DNA of 64,000 bases from an uncultured Bacilli bacterium (GTDB taxonomy: Bacteria; Bacillota_I; Bacilli_A; RF39; UBA660), in assembly GCA_944350315.1 (NCBI GenBank), contig CALVON010000025.1, forward strand, positions 1,208-65,207, given 5' to 3'. This document shows, one piece after another, positions 20,245 through 31,072 of this stretch. The position numbers and the translations under genes are program-made. Positions within the stretch are counted from its first letter, which is position 1; each line of letters starts with the position of its first letter. The notes beneath the pieces are model-generated. The model did not search any database. It saw only the letters and a program-made list of their open reading frames with translations, and was not told where the DNA came from.

Positions 20245-22323
20245 TTATGGTTTATAATTATAAATTTGATAATTATTATCTTTAATGTTTATTTCTATGC
20301 TTCCATTTATATCGGTTCGATGGATGGTACAATAATTATATAATGTATTTAACACTTCATTACTGGGATGATGATACCAATTATTTTTCCCTACAGAAAT
20401 TATACAATTTTGAGGATTAATGGTGTCGATAAAGAATTTACTAGAAGAAGTATTTGAACCATGATGAGCAATTTTTATAAAATCAATGTCTTGTAAATTA
20501 TATTTTGCAATCAAAGAATCTTCTACCTTACTACTAGCATCACCCATAAATAAAAATTTAAAATTATTTATTTTAGTATAAATAATAATTGAATTATCAT
20601 TTTCATCTTTATAGTTATTATTATTTAAGAAATATAACTTATTATTTGATATATTTAATTCTTTAGGACAACTATAGTAAGGAATTTCTTTTTTATCTAA
20701 TATTTTTTTTAAGTTTTGTTCTGATTCATTAAAATCTCCACAATTGAAAATTATTTTTTTGACTTTAAAATTTTCGACTAAATTAATCGCTTCTCCAAGA
20801 TGATCATAATCTCCATGAGTTAAGATTAAGTAATCAATTTGATTAATTCCAATACTTTTTAGATATGGAATTATTTTATCTATAGCTATACTATAACTAC
20901 TATTTATTAAGCCTCCAGTATCTATTAAAATATTTCCTTTATTATATGGATATTTGATAAAAATAGAATCTCCTTGGCCTACGTCTAAATATGTTATTTT
21001 AGTATAAGGGTTTAAATAGATATTGTATTTGTGTAGCAAAATAATAAAAAATATATAAATATGCTTTTTATTATTTAAAAATAAAATAATAAAAAGATAG
21101 TAAATTATAATTAATAGAAAATGCGGTTTTGAGAAATTAACTATTCCTAAATGATATTTGGATATAATTAAAGAGATATTTTGCAATAAGTTTGTGGCTA
21201 TCTTTAAAATTATTGATAGTTTAGGAATAATTAAGCTAATTAATGATAAGGGAAATATTATTATACTTACAAAAGGAATAAATATAATATTTAAGATAAT
21301 GGATAAAAAATTTACTTGGTAAAAATTATAAAGACATATTGGCAATGAAATTAAAAAAGAAATTAAAGATGTATAGAATGATTTTAATATTTTATTGTTA
21401 ATAGTAGATATTTTTTTACTATACAATACTAAAAAAAATGATATTAAATATGAATATTGAAATGATATGTTATAGAGGTAAAACGGGTTTATGATAAGCA
21501 TAATTATTAATACAATAAGCATAATATCAAGTTTTTTTATTTTTAAATTAAATAATTTATTGAAAGAAAAAATAATATACATAGTAATACTTCTTATAAC
21601 AGATGGTGAAGAACCAATAAGAATAGCATAAAATAATAGAAAAGTAATTACTACTCCATAGTTATAATAATTATTGTAAGAAATTCTTTTGACGAAATAA
21701 AAGATAATAGAAGCAAAAAGGCTGATATGCATTCCTGATATTGAAAATAAATGTGATATTCCATTTTCACGAAAACTTTCTAAAATCTTTTCATCTAATA
21801 ATGAAGAATCTCCAAGAATAAAGATACTTATGTATTCATTAGCGTTTGTTATGTTAGCAATATGATTAGCAATTTTTTCTTTTAAGTAATATATAATATT
21901 AGTATTGTTAGAAATTTTTTTAATGCTACTTGCTGTTAGAGTATAATAAATGCCATTATAAGATAAGTATTTTTTATAGTTAAAAAGATTAGGAATAGTG
22001 TTATTTGAAGGTTCTTTTAAATTACCTACTACATATATTTTATCTCCTAAAGAAATATCTTCTTCTAATGTATCATAATAATTTACAACTAGTTTTTCTT
22101 TGCCTAAAATATAGATAGTTGTTTTTTCTTCAGTTATTTTTATTTTATATACCTTGCCATAAAATTCTGTATCGGATATATTATAAATACTTTTTGAGGT
22201 TATAAAATTTGTTTTTACAAGAGCAAACAAGACAGTAAATAAACAAAATATTTTAAATAAATATTTATGTTGTAATATATATCTTAATCTCTTCGTATGT
22301 CTTTTCACCAATTCCATCAACAT
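20245..22323 (-). CDS. comEC: DNA uptake channel ComEC/Rec2 (start uncertain)
   Basis: GISHLFSISGMH, YLDVGQGDS, ILTHGDYDHLG, KIAHHGS. Confidence 0.95.
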   Translation of the reverse strand: MLMELVKRHTKRLRYILQHKYLFKIFCLFTVLFALVKTNFITSKSIYNISDTEFYGKVYKIKITEEKTTIYILGKEKLVVNYYDTLEEDISLGDKIYVVGNLKEPSNNTIPNLFNYKKYLSYNGIYYTLTASSIKKISNNTNIIYYLKEKIANHIANITNANEYISIFILGDSSLLDEKILESFRENGISHLFSISGMHISLFASIIFYFVKRISYNNYYNYGVVITFLLFYAILIGSSPSVIRSITMYIIFSFNKLFNLKIKKLDIMLIVLIIMLIINPFYLYNISFQYSYLISFFLVLYSKKISTINNKILKSFYTSLISFLISLPICLYNFYQVNFLSIILNIIFIPFVSIIIFPLSLISLIIPKLSIILKIATNLLQNISLIISKYHLGIVNFSKPHFLLIIIYYLFIILFLNNKKHIYIFFIILLHKYNIYLNPYTKITYLDVGQGDSIFIKYPYNKGNILIDTGGLINSSYSIAIDKIIPYLKSIGINQIDYLILTHGDYDHLGEAINLVENFKVKKIIFNCGDFNESEQNLKKILDKKEIPYYSCPKELNISNNKLYFLNNNNYKDENDNSIIIYTKINNFKFLFMGDASSKVEDSLIAKYNLQDIDFIKIAHHGSNTSSSKFFIDTINPQNCIISVGKNNWYHHPSNEVLNTLYNYCTIHRTDINGSIEINIKDNNYQIYNYKP

Positions 22324-22942
22324 TTAATAATTCTTCAATACTTTTAAAATCGCCATTCTTTTCTCGATAGTCAATAATAGTTTTTGCTTTAGATTCTCCT
22401 ATTCCTGGTAATGTTTGTAATTGTTCTAGGGTTGCTGTATTAATATTTATTAGTTTTGAATCATTATTACCTATTTCATCGGTTATTTCCGTATTGATAC
22501 AACCATCATTTTTTATATTAGGACAAACGCATTCGCTTTCTACATATTTTATTACAGTATCTACTACATTTGAATTTTTAACTTCTTCGTTAGTGTAAAT
22601 TATAATAACCATCTCATCAGTTATTTTTTTAGCTAAATTTATAACTGATGTATTGGCATCTTCATTTAATCCTCCTGCTAAAGATATTACATCATTAACG
22701 TATTTACCACACTCTATTTGATATACTCCAGGTTTTTTTACTGCCCCTTTAATATCTACTGTACATTCTTGTATTTGATTATCATCTTTTTCTACAATGT
22801 CATTTAGTAATAGATCTTCTGTTTCATTTTCTAATTGATATTCATTATTATTTAGATTTTTTTGTATAATAAATAGGATTATTATTATAATGCATACTAT
22901 AAAAAGGGTTATTAAGTATTTAAATTTTTTTATTATTTTCAT
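22265..22942 (-). CDS. comEA: Competence DNA receptor ComEA
   Basis: TM, VDIKGAVKKPGVY (SLBB), ININTAT...LPGIGESKA (HhH). Confidence 0.93.
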   Translation of the reverse strand: MKIIKKFKYLITLFIVCIIIIILFIIQKNLNNNEYQLENETEDLLLNDIVEKDDNQIQECTVDIKGAVKKPGVYQIECGKYVNDVISLAGGLNEDANTSVINLAKKITDEMVIIIYTNEEVKNSNVVDTVIKYVESECVCPNIKNDGCINTEITDEIGNNDSKLININTATLEQLQTLPGIGESKAKTIIDYREKNGDFKSIEELLNVDGIGEKTYEEIKIYITT

Positions 22943-23036
22943 TTTCCTCCTTTGGCTCTTCATATATATTATTATAAAAAAATTTAAATTTTTCTTTTAA
23001 TTTTACAAAAAAAGCAAAAGTTTTTTTCTTTTACTT

Positions 23037-24686
23037 TTAATTATATTTTTTCTTTTTATTTTTTACTATCATTCTAATTATGTTAAGAAATAATAAAACG
23101 GAGATAATACCAATAAAATAAATTGTATAATTTTCTTTCTTTTTAATGTTTATAATGTAAGTCACTTTTTTTTCATCGTTAATAGTAATGGTAATAACAC
23201 TACCATTTTTTAAATTTTCATTTCCTTTTATACTATATTTTTTAGAATCAATATTAATATTAAAAGATAATTTTTCTTCATTTCCTATTTTTAATGTATA
23301 TTCTAATACATCTTTATCAAATCCTAATTTATAGCCAACAACTTCAATGTTAAGAGGATCAGGTTCTTTTTCTAAAACGGTTATTTTAGTTGAAGCGGTA
23401 ATACTACCATCATCGTTTGAAATAGTAATAGTAGTAGTACCTGGCTTGATAGCTGTAATAATGCCATCTTCGACAGTAGCAACTGTTTCATCACTGCTTG
23501 TCCAGACAGGATTGTTAATACTTGATCCTTCTGGATAAGGAATAGTTTTTAAAGTTGTTTTTGTTCCAACATAAACATTTTGTTCTTCTAATGAAAAGGA
23601 AATTGATTCTATTGGAGGTGAGATGACAGTTACTTTGCATATTGCTGTCTTTTTACCTTCTTCACTAGTAACAGTAATATCTACTGTTCCTTTCTTAATT
23701 GCAGTAATGACACCATCTTTGACAGTAGCAATCTTTTTATCACTACTTTCCCAAGTAACATTTTTGTTTTCAGCATAATCTGGTTCATAAATAACTTTTA
23801 AAGTGTCTTCTTTTCCGGCTTCAAGAGTTAATTCTGTTTTATCTAGTTTTATGCTTTTTAATTCTTTAGAGAGAGCCGTAACCGTTACTTTACAGGTTGC
23901 TACATAACCTCCATCGTTTGATATAGCTCTTATCTCTGTAGTTCCTGCTTTTTTGGCGGTAACGTTGCCACTGCCATCTACAGTAGCAATACTTTCATCA
24001 CTGCTTTTCCAAGTTATTTTTTTATCAGTTGCATTTGTTGGATTATAGGTAACAGATAACTTAGCGCTATTATTTTCTATTAATTCTAAACTATTTTTAA
24101 TACTAATAGATTTTAAAGATATTTTATCAATAACGCTTATATGTAGGTATATTTTATTACTACTTTGGTATTCTGGATCTAATATTGTTATATAAGAATC
24201 GCCAACTTTCTTACCTGTAATCGTTCCATTTGAGCTTATACTTATTATATCTGGATTTGAACTTGAATAAACAAGATTTTTATTGCTTGCATTACCAGGG
24301 GAAAAATTAATACTTAATTGTTTACTTTCATTTAGCATTATTGTTTGAATTGAATTATTTAAACTTATATTCGTTATTGGTATATAATTTTTAATTACGG
24401 TAACATCACAGATAGCTTTATTGTTGTTAGCATCAGTAGCAGTTATTATGGCTGTTCCACTATTATAGGTAGTAAGTATCCCATTGTTGACACTAACTAC
24501 ATTAGGATTACTACTAGACCAAATAATAGCTGTCGTATCACCATCTTCAAAATTTACTTTGAGATTGTATTTTCTATTCATACCAGCCGTTAATGTTGAT
24601 GGTGATATACTTATTCCTTTTGCATATACTTTACCGGTAAAAATTGTTAATACAAGTATTGCTACTAATAGACATTTTTTCTTCAT
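23037..24686 (-). CDS. Secreted protein with about five Big_2 Ig-like domains and C-terminal membrane anchor
   Basis: Repeated W.SS(N/D)..(V/I)ATV..G.(V/I)TA.K.GT..IT motifs. Confidence 0.88.
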   Translation of the reverse strand: MKKKCLLVAILVLTIFTGKVYAKGISISPSTLTAGMNRKYNLKVNFEDGDTTAIIWSSSNPNVVSVNNGILTTYNSGTAIITATDANNNKAICDVTVIKNYIPITNISLNNSIQTIMLNESKQLSINFSPGNASNKNLVYSSSNPDIISISSNGTITGKKVGDSYITILDPEYQSSNKIYLHISVIDKISLKSISIKNSLELIENNSAKLSVTYNPTNATDKKITWKSSDESIATVDGSGNVTAKKAGTTEIRAISNDGGYVATCKVTVTALSKELKSIKLDKTELTLEAGKEDTLKVIYEPDYAENKNVTWESSDKKIATVKDGVITAIKKGTVDITVTSEEGKKTAICKVTVISPPIESISFSLEEQNVYVGTKTTLKTIPYPEGSSINNPVWTSSDETVATVEDGIITAIKPGTTTITISNDDGSITASTKITVLEKEPDPLNIEVVGYKLGFDKDVLEYTLKIGNEEKLSFNINIDSKKYSIKGNENLKNGSVITITINDEKKVTYIINIKKKENYTIYFIGIISVLLFLNIIRMIVKNKKKKYN

Positions 24687-24747
24687 GTTACCCCTCCTAT
24701 TATAAATAAATTATAATATAAAAAAGGAAGTTAGTAAAGAAAAAGAG

Positions 24748-25959
24748 TTAATATTTTTCGGTTAACTCTAAAACTTCTTTATTTAATTGTTTTTGAACAT
24801 CTTCATTGTCAATATTTTTTAAACATTTAGAAATTATCTTTCCTACTTTAATAAAATCTTCTTCGGTAAATCCTCTAGTTGTCATTGCAGGAGTTCCTAA
24901 TCTTATTCCGGAAGTTTTCATTGGGCTTTCAGTTTCATTAGGAATGGTATTCTTGTTGACAGTTATATGGATTTTATCTAGGGCGGTTTCAGCTTCTTTT
25001 CCTGTTATACCTAATTTACTTTTTACATCTACTAACATTAAATGATTTTCTGTATCACCACTAACTATGCGAAAGCCTTCATCTTTTAATGTTTGACACA
25101 AAACTTTAGCATTTTTTACTACTTTTTGTTGATATTCTTTAAATTCTGGTTGTAAGGCTTCATAAAAACACTGAGCTTTGGCAGCAATGATATGCATTAA
25201 AGGGCCGCCTTGTATTCCTGGAAAAACAGTTTTATTTATCTTTTTGATTATTTCTTCACTATTTGTTAAAATAATTCCTCCTCGTGGTCCTCTTAAAGTT
25301 TTATGAGTGGTAGAGGTTACAACATCCGCATAAGGAACGGGATTAGGATGAAGGCCAGCGGCTACTAAGCCTGCTATATGGGCCATATCTACCATTAAAT
25401 AAGCTCCTACGCTATCGGCAATTTCTCTAAATTTTTGGAAATCAATTATTCTAGAGTATGCACTGGCACCAGCAATTATCATTTTAGGCTTTTCTTTTTT
25501 TACTAGTTCTGCTAATTGTTCATAATTGATAGTTTCTGTTACGGGATCAACATCATAAGAAACTATTTCATAATCTTGCCCACTAAAGTTTAAACCGTGT
25601 CCATGGGTTAAGTGTCCTCCATGACTTAAATTCATTCCCATAACTTTATCTTTAGGATTTAATAAGGCACGATATACTGCCATATTAGCACTTGATCCAG
25701 AGTGTGGCTGTACATTCGCATATTGACAGTTAAAAATTTCTTTTAAGTATGAAATAGCCAATTCTTCTATCATATCCACATATTGGCAACCACCATAATA
25801 TCTTTTGCCTGGATATCCTTCAGCATATTTGTTTGTAAAAATACTTCCTTGTAATTTCATGACATCTTTTGAAGCATAATTTTCACTTGCAATTAATTCA
25901 ATATTGTTTTTTTCTCTTTCTTTTTCCAATCGTAATATTTTAGTTATTTTTTTATCCAT
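24748..25959 (-). CDS. glyA: Serine hydroxymethyltransferase
   Basis: [33 protein letters not shown]. Confidence 0.98.
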   Translation of the reverse strand: MDKKITKILRLEKEREKNNIELIASENYASKDVMKLQGSIFTNKYAEGYPGKRYYGGCQYVDMIEELAISYLKEIFNCQYANVQPHSGSSANMAVYRALLNPKDKVMGMNLSHGGHLTHGHGLNFSGQDYEIVSYDVDPVTETINYEQLAELVKKEKPKMIIAGASAYSRIIDFQKFREIADSVGAYLMVDMAHIAGLVAAGLHPNPVPYADVVTSTTHKTLRGPRGGIILTNSEEIIKKINKTVFPGIQGGPLMHIIAAKAQCFYEALQPEFKEYQQKVVKNAKVLCQTLKDEGFRIVSGDTENHLMLVDVKSKLGITGKEAETALDKIHITVNKNTIPNETESPMKTSGIRLGTPAMTTRGFTEEDFIKVGKIISKCLKNIDNEDVQKQLNKEVLELTEKY

Positions 25960-25974
25960 TTTCTTACTCCTTTA

Positions 25975-27126
25975 CTATTTTTCTAATAACTTTTTTGATA
26001 ATTTGTATATTTTTTCAACCGATTTATTATCGTCTATTTCATTTAGTTTTCTTTTCATATTCAGAATAATATTTTTCTTTTTCAATAGCTTACCTACTGA
26101 TTTAGCTAACTTTCTTGGAGTTTTACAATTTATACCAAAGCCTTTTTTACAAACATATTTGGCATTATATCTTTCATGTCCACCATTTCCTGGTATTAGG
26201 ATCATATGTATTTTCATTTTTAAAAATTCAGTAACACTTACTCCTCCTGGTTTGCTGATAACAACATCACTTATATTTAATAATTCATCAACCTTTTTAG
26301 TATAACCAATAGGATATACATTTTTATAATTTTGTTTTTCTATTAATTTTTCAGCTTTTGATTTTACTTTTGCATTTTTACCACATGCATAAATAACATT
26401 AATATCATATTCTTCTTCTAATAATCGTTTTAAGAACTTATATGAAAATGATGATCCAATAGTTCCACCAGCAAAGAATAAAAATGTCTTTTTGCCATTA
26501 TTTACGTGATATTTTTCTTTAATAGATTGCATATTATTTTTATTAATATTGTTTTCGTTAAAAATTTGGGATACTGGTATACCGAAAGGATATATTTTAT
26601 AACTATCAACGCCTTTAGCAATTAATTCATTTTTTACTATCTCATTGCTAACAATTATTGCGTCTAATTCTTCTTTATATTTAGTAAACATTTCATGCCC
26701 GTCATAATCCGTAACGATACTGATAACTTTAGCACCGGTAACTTTCTTTTCTTTAAGAATTCCCATAACAATACTACCTAAGAAAAAAGTTGAAATTACT
26801 AGATCAGGATTAAAAGAGGTTATATATTGTTGCAATTTCTTATTTTTATGTACCATTTTTGCCATAACTTTATAAGGTATTGGCTGTATTTTTAAATCAA
26901 ACAGTTCATAGTATATACTATAGATGAAGCTTCCTAGGCGATATTTAAAATTTTGTTCAAATAGTTTATTACTCAAGAAGCCAATTATGTTTTCGTATTC
27001 TACTAGATCAAGAGTTTTTACTTCATAATTACTATTTTTTATAAAATATTCATATAAACTATTAGTAACACTTTTATGTCCCGATCCTAGCGTTGCATAT
27101 AATATCAATATTTTTTTCTTTTCCAT
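25975..27126 (-). CDS. GT28 glycolipid synthase (MGDG synthase/UgtP-like)
   Basis: GSGHKS, PDLVIST, VTDY, GIPV, ISKPGGVSVTE, GHERYNA. Confidence 0.85.
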   Translation of the reverse strand: MEKKKILILYATLGSGHKSVTNSLYEYFIKNSNYEVKTLDLVEYENIIGFLSNKLFEQNFKYRLGSFIYSIYYELFDLKIQPIPYKVMAKMVHKNKKLQQYITSFNPDLVISTFFLGSIVMGILKEKKVTGAKVISIVTDYDGHEMFTKYKEELDAIIVSNEIVKNELIAKGVDSYKIYPFGIPVSQIFNENNINKNNMQSIKEKYHVNNGKKTFLFFAGGTIGSSFSYKFLKRLLEEEYDINVIYACGKNAKVKSKAEKLIEKQNYKNVYPIGYTKKVDELLNISDVVISKPGGVSVTEFLKMKIHMILIPGNGGHERYNAKYVCKKGFGINCKTPRKLAKSVGKLLKKKNIILNMKRKLNEIDDNKSVEKIYKLSKKLLEK

Positions 27127-27154
27127 ATGTTTTTTATATCCTCCAAAAAGTATC

Positions 27155-27550
27155 TTACTTTAAGTATCTTTTAAGATATTCTTCTTTAATCATTCTTTTT
27201 CCTTTATAATTTTTTTTATCTAACCATTCTTTTTCAAAATTATTCAATAAATCATTTATACGTCTTAAGTTACTCATATCTATGTATCCTTGTGTATTAA
27301 TGCAAATTAGTTCAGCTGTTATCGCATTATAAATATCCTCATCCATAAGTTCAATTAAATGAATATATGGATGAGATGTATGAGTACATAAAATTGCTCC
27401 ATTTGAATCTTCTGTTAGTCCACCATCTCTACTAGGAATTATATGATGAAAAGAATAACTATCTTCCTTTTGTAATGAATAACCCATAAAGTCATATCCT
27501 AAATTCATAATTTTAAATCTTTTTATTAATCTAATTTTTATTGATTTCAT
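27155..27550 (-). CDS. Small HNH-like protein
   Basis: FHHIIPSRDGGLTEDSNGAILC...SHPYIH. Confidence 0.6.
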   Translation of the reverse strand: MKSIKIRLIKRFKIMNLGYDFMGYSLQKEDSYSFHHIIPSRDGGLTEDSNGAILCTHTSHPYIHLIELMDEDIYNAITAELICINTQGYIDMSNLRRINDLLNNFEKEWLDKKNYKGKRMIKEEYLKRYLK

Positions 27551-27749
27551 TGCGTCACTTACCTTATTTACTTTTTTGGTAACTTTTTATTTCTTTTTTT
27601 AATTATATCATACTATGTATATTAAAAAAATCTTTATTACTAATTTTTATTAAAAATATGGTTAATTTATGCACCTATTATAATAAATTTGACAACTTTC
27701 TTTTTTTGTAGTAAAATTTTATAGGTGTTTTGAAAGCGAGGAGGATAGA

Positions 27750-28262
27750 ATGTATTCTATCGATGATAAAAAATATAAACATATTGTTAAGCCAATACTT
27801 CGCAATGAAAATTTTAAAAAGACTTATAATATAGAACATCATGGGATTAGTCGAATGGAACATTCTTTAAAAGTTTCTTATTATTCTTATCTTATTGCTA
27901 AAAAATTAAAATTTGATTATGAAGCTGTTGCTAGAGGTGGATTACTACATGATTTTTATTTAGACGGTGATCAGAGATGTTCAAAGGATAAGTTTTTAGA
28001 TGTTTTTATTCATCCAAAAAAAGCCCTTCTCACTTCTAAAAAATTTTTTGAATTATCAAAATTGGAAGAAAATATCATCGTTAGTCATATGTTTCCTTTT
28101 TCTGTATGTTTGGCTATTCCTAAATATAAAGAAAGCATACTAGTGGATTGTGTAGATAAAGTTATTGGGGCATATGAAATGCTACGTGAAGTAAAATGTA
28201 AGACAGTTTATAAATTTAATTATGTTTTAATATTAATTATGTTATTTATTGCTAATAATTAA
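27750..28262 (+). CDS. HD-domain phosphohydrolase
   Basis: HHGISRMEHS, GLLHDFY, HP, IIVSHMFP, VDK. Confidence 0.88.
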   Translation: MYSIDDKKYKHIVKPILRNENFKKTYNIEHHGISRMEHSLKVSYYSYLIAKKLKFDYEAVARGGLLHDFYLDGDQRCSKDKFLDVFIHPKKALLTSKKFFELSKLEENIIVSHMFPFSVCLAIPKYKESILVDCVDKVIGAYEMLREVKCKTVYKFNYVLILIMLFIANN

Positions 28263-28310
28263 AAAACCTTAATAATGATGTTATCATCAAAATTAAGGAT
28301 TTTTTTATAA

Positions 28311-28386
28311 TGGTGACCTGTATGGGATTTGAACCCATGAATGTTACCTTGAGAGGGTAATGTGTTAACCATTTCACCAACAGGCC
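28311..28386 (-). tRNA. tRNA-Glu (anticodon CTC)
   Basis: GGCCTGT/ACAGGTC acceptor stem, TTACC-CTCTCAA-GGTAA anticodon arm, GGTTCAAATCC, encoded CCA. Confidence 0.93.
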
Positions 28387-28436
28387 ATAAATGTCTTATA
28401 AAAAGACATTAATAATTTTAACATATCTTGTTTTTT

Positions 28437-30092
28437 TTAGCAACTGATAATTGCTTTTTTTATTCTTTCTTTGATACGTTGTTCTTTAAGTATCTTCATT
28501 ATTTCATATAAATCAGGAGTCATGTTGCTACTTGTTATTGCTACTCTAATGACTGTAGAGATATCAGCAACACTTCCTTTATATTTTTCAGGATTTTCTT
28601 TATATTCTTTCATATTAGACGAATATCCTAATTCTTCAGTTAATTGTTTTATTTTATTAAACCAGGTATCTTTATCATCTGTTTCATTATAGTATTTTTC
28701 TATATATGTATTTAAAATATTTTTTATTTCATCTGGATCAACTATTTTTTGATAATTATAAGTTACGTCATTAAATAGTTCATCATACATATACCATATA
28801 TTTTTTTTAATACTTGACCAAGATTCATAATCTTTACGTGGCTTTTTTTGATATCTTTCAATGCTAAAAATATTTATTGTATATTCTTTATATTTAGATA
28901 TCAATTCATATAGTTGTTTATCATATTCTTTGGCCCAATATAATACGTTATCATATACTTCTTCAGCTTTTAAATAACTAATGTAGTTTCTTGAAATATT
29001 AATCAATTTTTCTAAATCAAATAGAGAACCACTAGCAGATATTTTACGAAAATCAAATTTAAAGTCATCAATCGATTTATCTTTGTTTTGGTCATACCAT
29101 TGTTCAAAATTAGTATTGGCAATAGTCATTAAGTATAGATGAACTGCTTGAATTGGAATTCCTAGTTTTGTGTAGTAACTCATGGCTGCTTCAGGGTCTT
29201 TTCTTTTTGATAATTTTCTTTTAGTATCCCCTTCTTGCTTCATGATTGGTGAAAGATGAGCATACTTTGGAGGGTTAAAGCCAAATACTTGAAATAATTG
29301 GATATGAATTGGAAGAGATGAAACCCATTCATCGCCTCTAGTTACGTGAGTTGTTCGCATTAAGTGATCATCTACTAGATGGGCAAAATGATAAGTTGGT
29401 AAGCCATCTGATTTCATTATCACAATATCTAAATCATTTTCCGGAAACTCTATTTTTCCTTTTACTAGATCATTGACAATAATCTTTTTTTCAAAATCTC
29501 CTGGTGATTTTAATCTAATAATATATTTTTCTCCATTTTTAATACGGTTATATGCTTCTTCTATTTTTATATTTCGACATACGGCATATCTACCATAATA
29601 TCCGATTCTCGATTTAGTGGCTTCTTGCATTTGTCTAATTTCTTCTAGATGTTTTTCAGAGCAAAAGCAAGGATATGCTAAACCTCTTTCTATTAAATTT
29701 TTTATAAAGGCGTGATATATTTCTTTTCTTTCACTTTGAATATATGGTCCATAGTTGCCAAGTGATTCGGTTCTTGACAAGGCTCCTTCATCAATATCTA
29801 TTTTAAAATTTTTTAGGTCATTGACTATTCCTTCGATACCATTTTCAACTTCTCTTTTTTGATCAGTGTCTTCTATTCTTAAATAAAAAACTCCGTTAGT
29901 ATCTTTTGCAGCCTTACTGGAAATAAATGATGCAAGTAAACTTCCCATATGAACAAATCCAGTTGGTGATGGTGCAAAACGAGTTACCATCGCACCTTCA
30001 GCTAATTTTCTTTCTGGATATATTTTTTCATAATCATCAATTGTTTTTGCTATGTTAGGAAAAATCAAATCGGCTAAATCTTTTTGTGTCAT
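28437..30092 (-). CDS. gltX: Glutamate--tRNA ligase
   Basis: RFAPSPTGFVHMG, LRIEDTD, HVTRGDEW, KLSKRK; start at MTQK behind AAGGAG. Confidence 0.96.
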   Translation of the reverse strand: MTQKDLADLIFPNIAKTIDDYEKIYPERKLAEGAMVTRFAPSPTGFVHMGSLLASFISSKAAKDTNGVFYLRIEDTDQKREVENGIEGIVNDLKNFKIDIDEGALSRTESLGNYGPYIQSERKEIYHAFIKNLIERGLAYPCFCSEKHLEEIRQMQEATKSRIGYYGRYAVCRNIKIEEAYNRIKNGEKYIIRLKSPGDFEKKIIVNDLVKGKIEFPENDLDIVIMKSDGLPTYHFAHLVDDHLMRTTHVTRGDEWVSSLPIHIQLFQVFGFNPPKYAHLSPIMKQEGDTKRKLSKRKDPEAAMSYYTKLGIPIQAVHLYLMTIANTNFEQWYDQNKDKSIDDFKFDFRKISASGSLFDLEKLINISRNYISYLKAEEVYDNVLYWAKEYDKQLYELISKYKEYTINIFSIERYQKKPRKDYESWSSIKKNIWYMYDELFNDVTYNYQKIVDPDEIKNILNTYIEKYYNETDDKDTWFNKIKQLTEELGYSSNMKEYKENPEKYKGSVADISTVIRVAITSSNMTPDLYEIMKILKEQRIKERIKKAIISC

Positions 30093-30115
30093 ATAAATCA
30101 CTCCTTAATAATAAG

Positions 30116-30189
30116 TGGTTGCCCCAGCTAGATTCGAACTAGCGATGATGGAGTCAGAGTCCACTGCCTTACCGCTTGGCTATGGGGCA
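30116..30189 (-). tRNA. tRNA-Gln (anticodon CTG)
   Basis: TGCCCCA/TGGGGCA stem, GCCAAGCGGTAAGGC D-arm, GTGGA-CTCTGAC-TCCAT, TTCGAAT, CCA. Confidence 0.93.
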
Positions 30190-30253
30190 ATATTTTTCTG
30201 TTGACGTTTATGATTATATCATAAAAAGATGGAAAAAAAAAGACTTTCGTCTT

Positions 30254-31048
30254 TTAAAAACAAAAATATTTTATAAGAATGATAATAGCAAAAATTACTC
30301 TGTAAATGGCAAAGATTGAAAAATCATGTTTTTTGATATAATTTAGTAAAAATTTAATTGATATTACTCCTACAACAAAGGCAATAAATATTCCTAATAA
30401 AGTTTCATAGCTAAATGCTAAGTTGCCTATTTCTAAAATTGTAGCTCCTGCTATTATTGGGACTGACAATAAAAAGGTAAATTTAGTAGCAGCACTTTTT
30501 GATAATCCCATTAATCTAGCTGATAAAATTGTAGTTCCACTTCGTGAAAATCCAGGAATAATAGCTAGTGCTTGTGATAAGCCAATAATAAATGCTTGGT
30601 GTAACCTAATATGTTCATAATCTGTTTCTATTTTGTAGTGTTTATCTGCCCATCTATCACCAAGATAGATTAAAACGCCCATAACAGCAAGTGAAGTCGC
30701 AATTAACCAAATTTTTTGTCTAAATACATTTTCAACTACATCATCTAATAAAAAACCTATTAATGCCCCAGGAATGGTTGCAATAACTAAATACCAAAAC
30801 ATTTTATTTTCAAATGATTCTTTTTTCTTTGTTACTTTTGCTAAAGCTCCTTTAAATAGTGACCACCACTCATTGAAAAAAACAGTTAAAACGGCCAATA
30901 AAGTTCCAAAATGTAGGGCAATGTCAAAAGCCATTGATGATTGTTCCCAACCAAGTAAATATGGAACTAATATTAAATGAGCAGATGATGATATAGGTAA
31001 AAACTCACCTATTCCTTGAATAATTCCTAAAATAATACTTTTTAACAT
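30254..31048 (-). CDS. uppP: Undecaprenyl-diphosphate phosphatase
   Basis: GIIQGIGEFLPISSSAH, PGFSRSGTT. Confidence 0.96.
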   Translation of the reverse strand: MLKSIILGIIQGIGEFLPISSSAHLILVPYLLGWEQSSMAFDIALHFGTLLAVLTVFFNEWWSLFKGALAKVTKKKESFENKMFWYLVIATIPGALIGFLLDDVVENVFRQKIWLIATSLAVMGVLIYLGDRWADKHYKIETDYEHIRLHQAFIIGLSQALAIIPGFSRSGTTILSARLMGLSKSAATKFTFLLSVPIIAGATILEIGNLAFSYETLLGIFIAFVVGVISIKFLLNYIKKHDFSIFAIYRVIFAIIILIKYFCF

Positions 31049-31072
31049 AATGCATCTCCTTAATTAATTATA

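Noticed and set aside
27155-28386. Integrated element at tRNA-Glu
   Set aside because: No integrase and no duplicated tRNA 3' end seen
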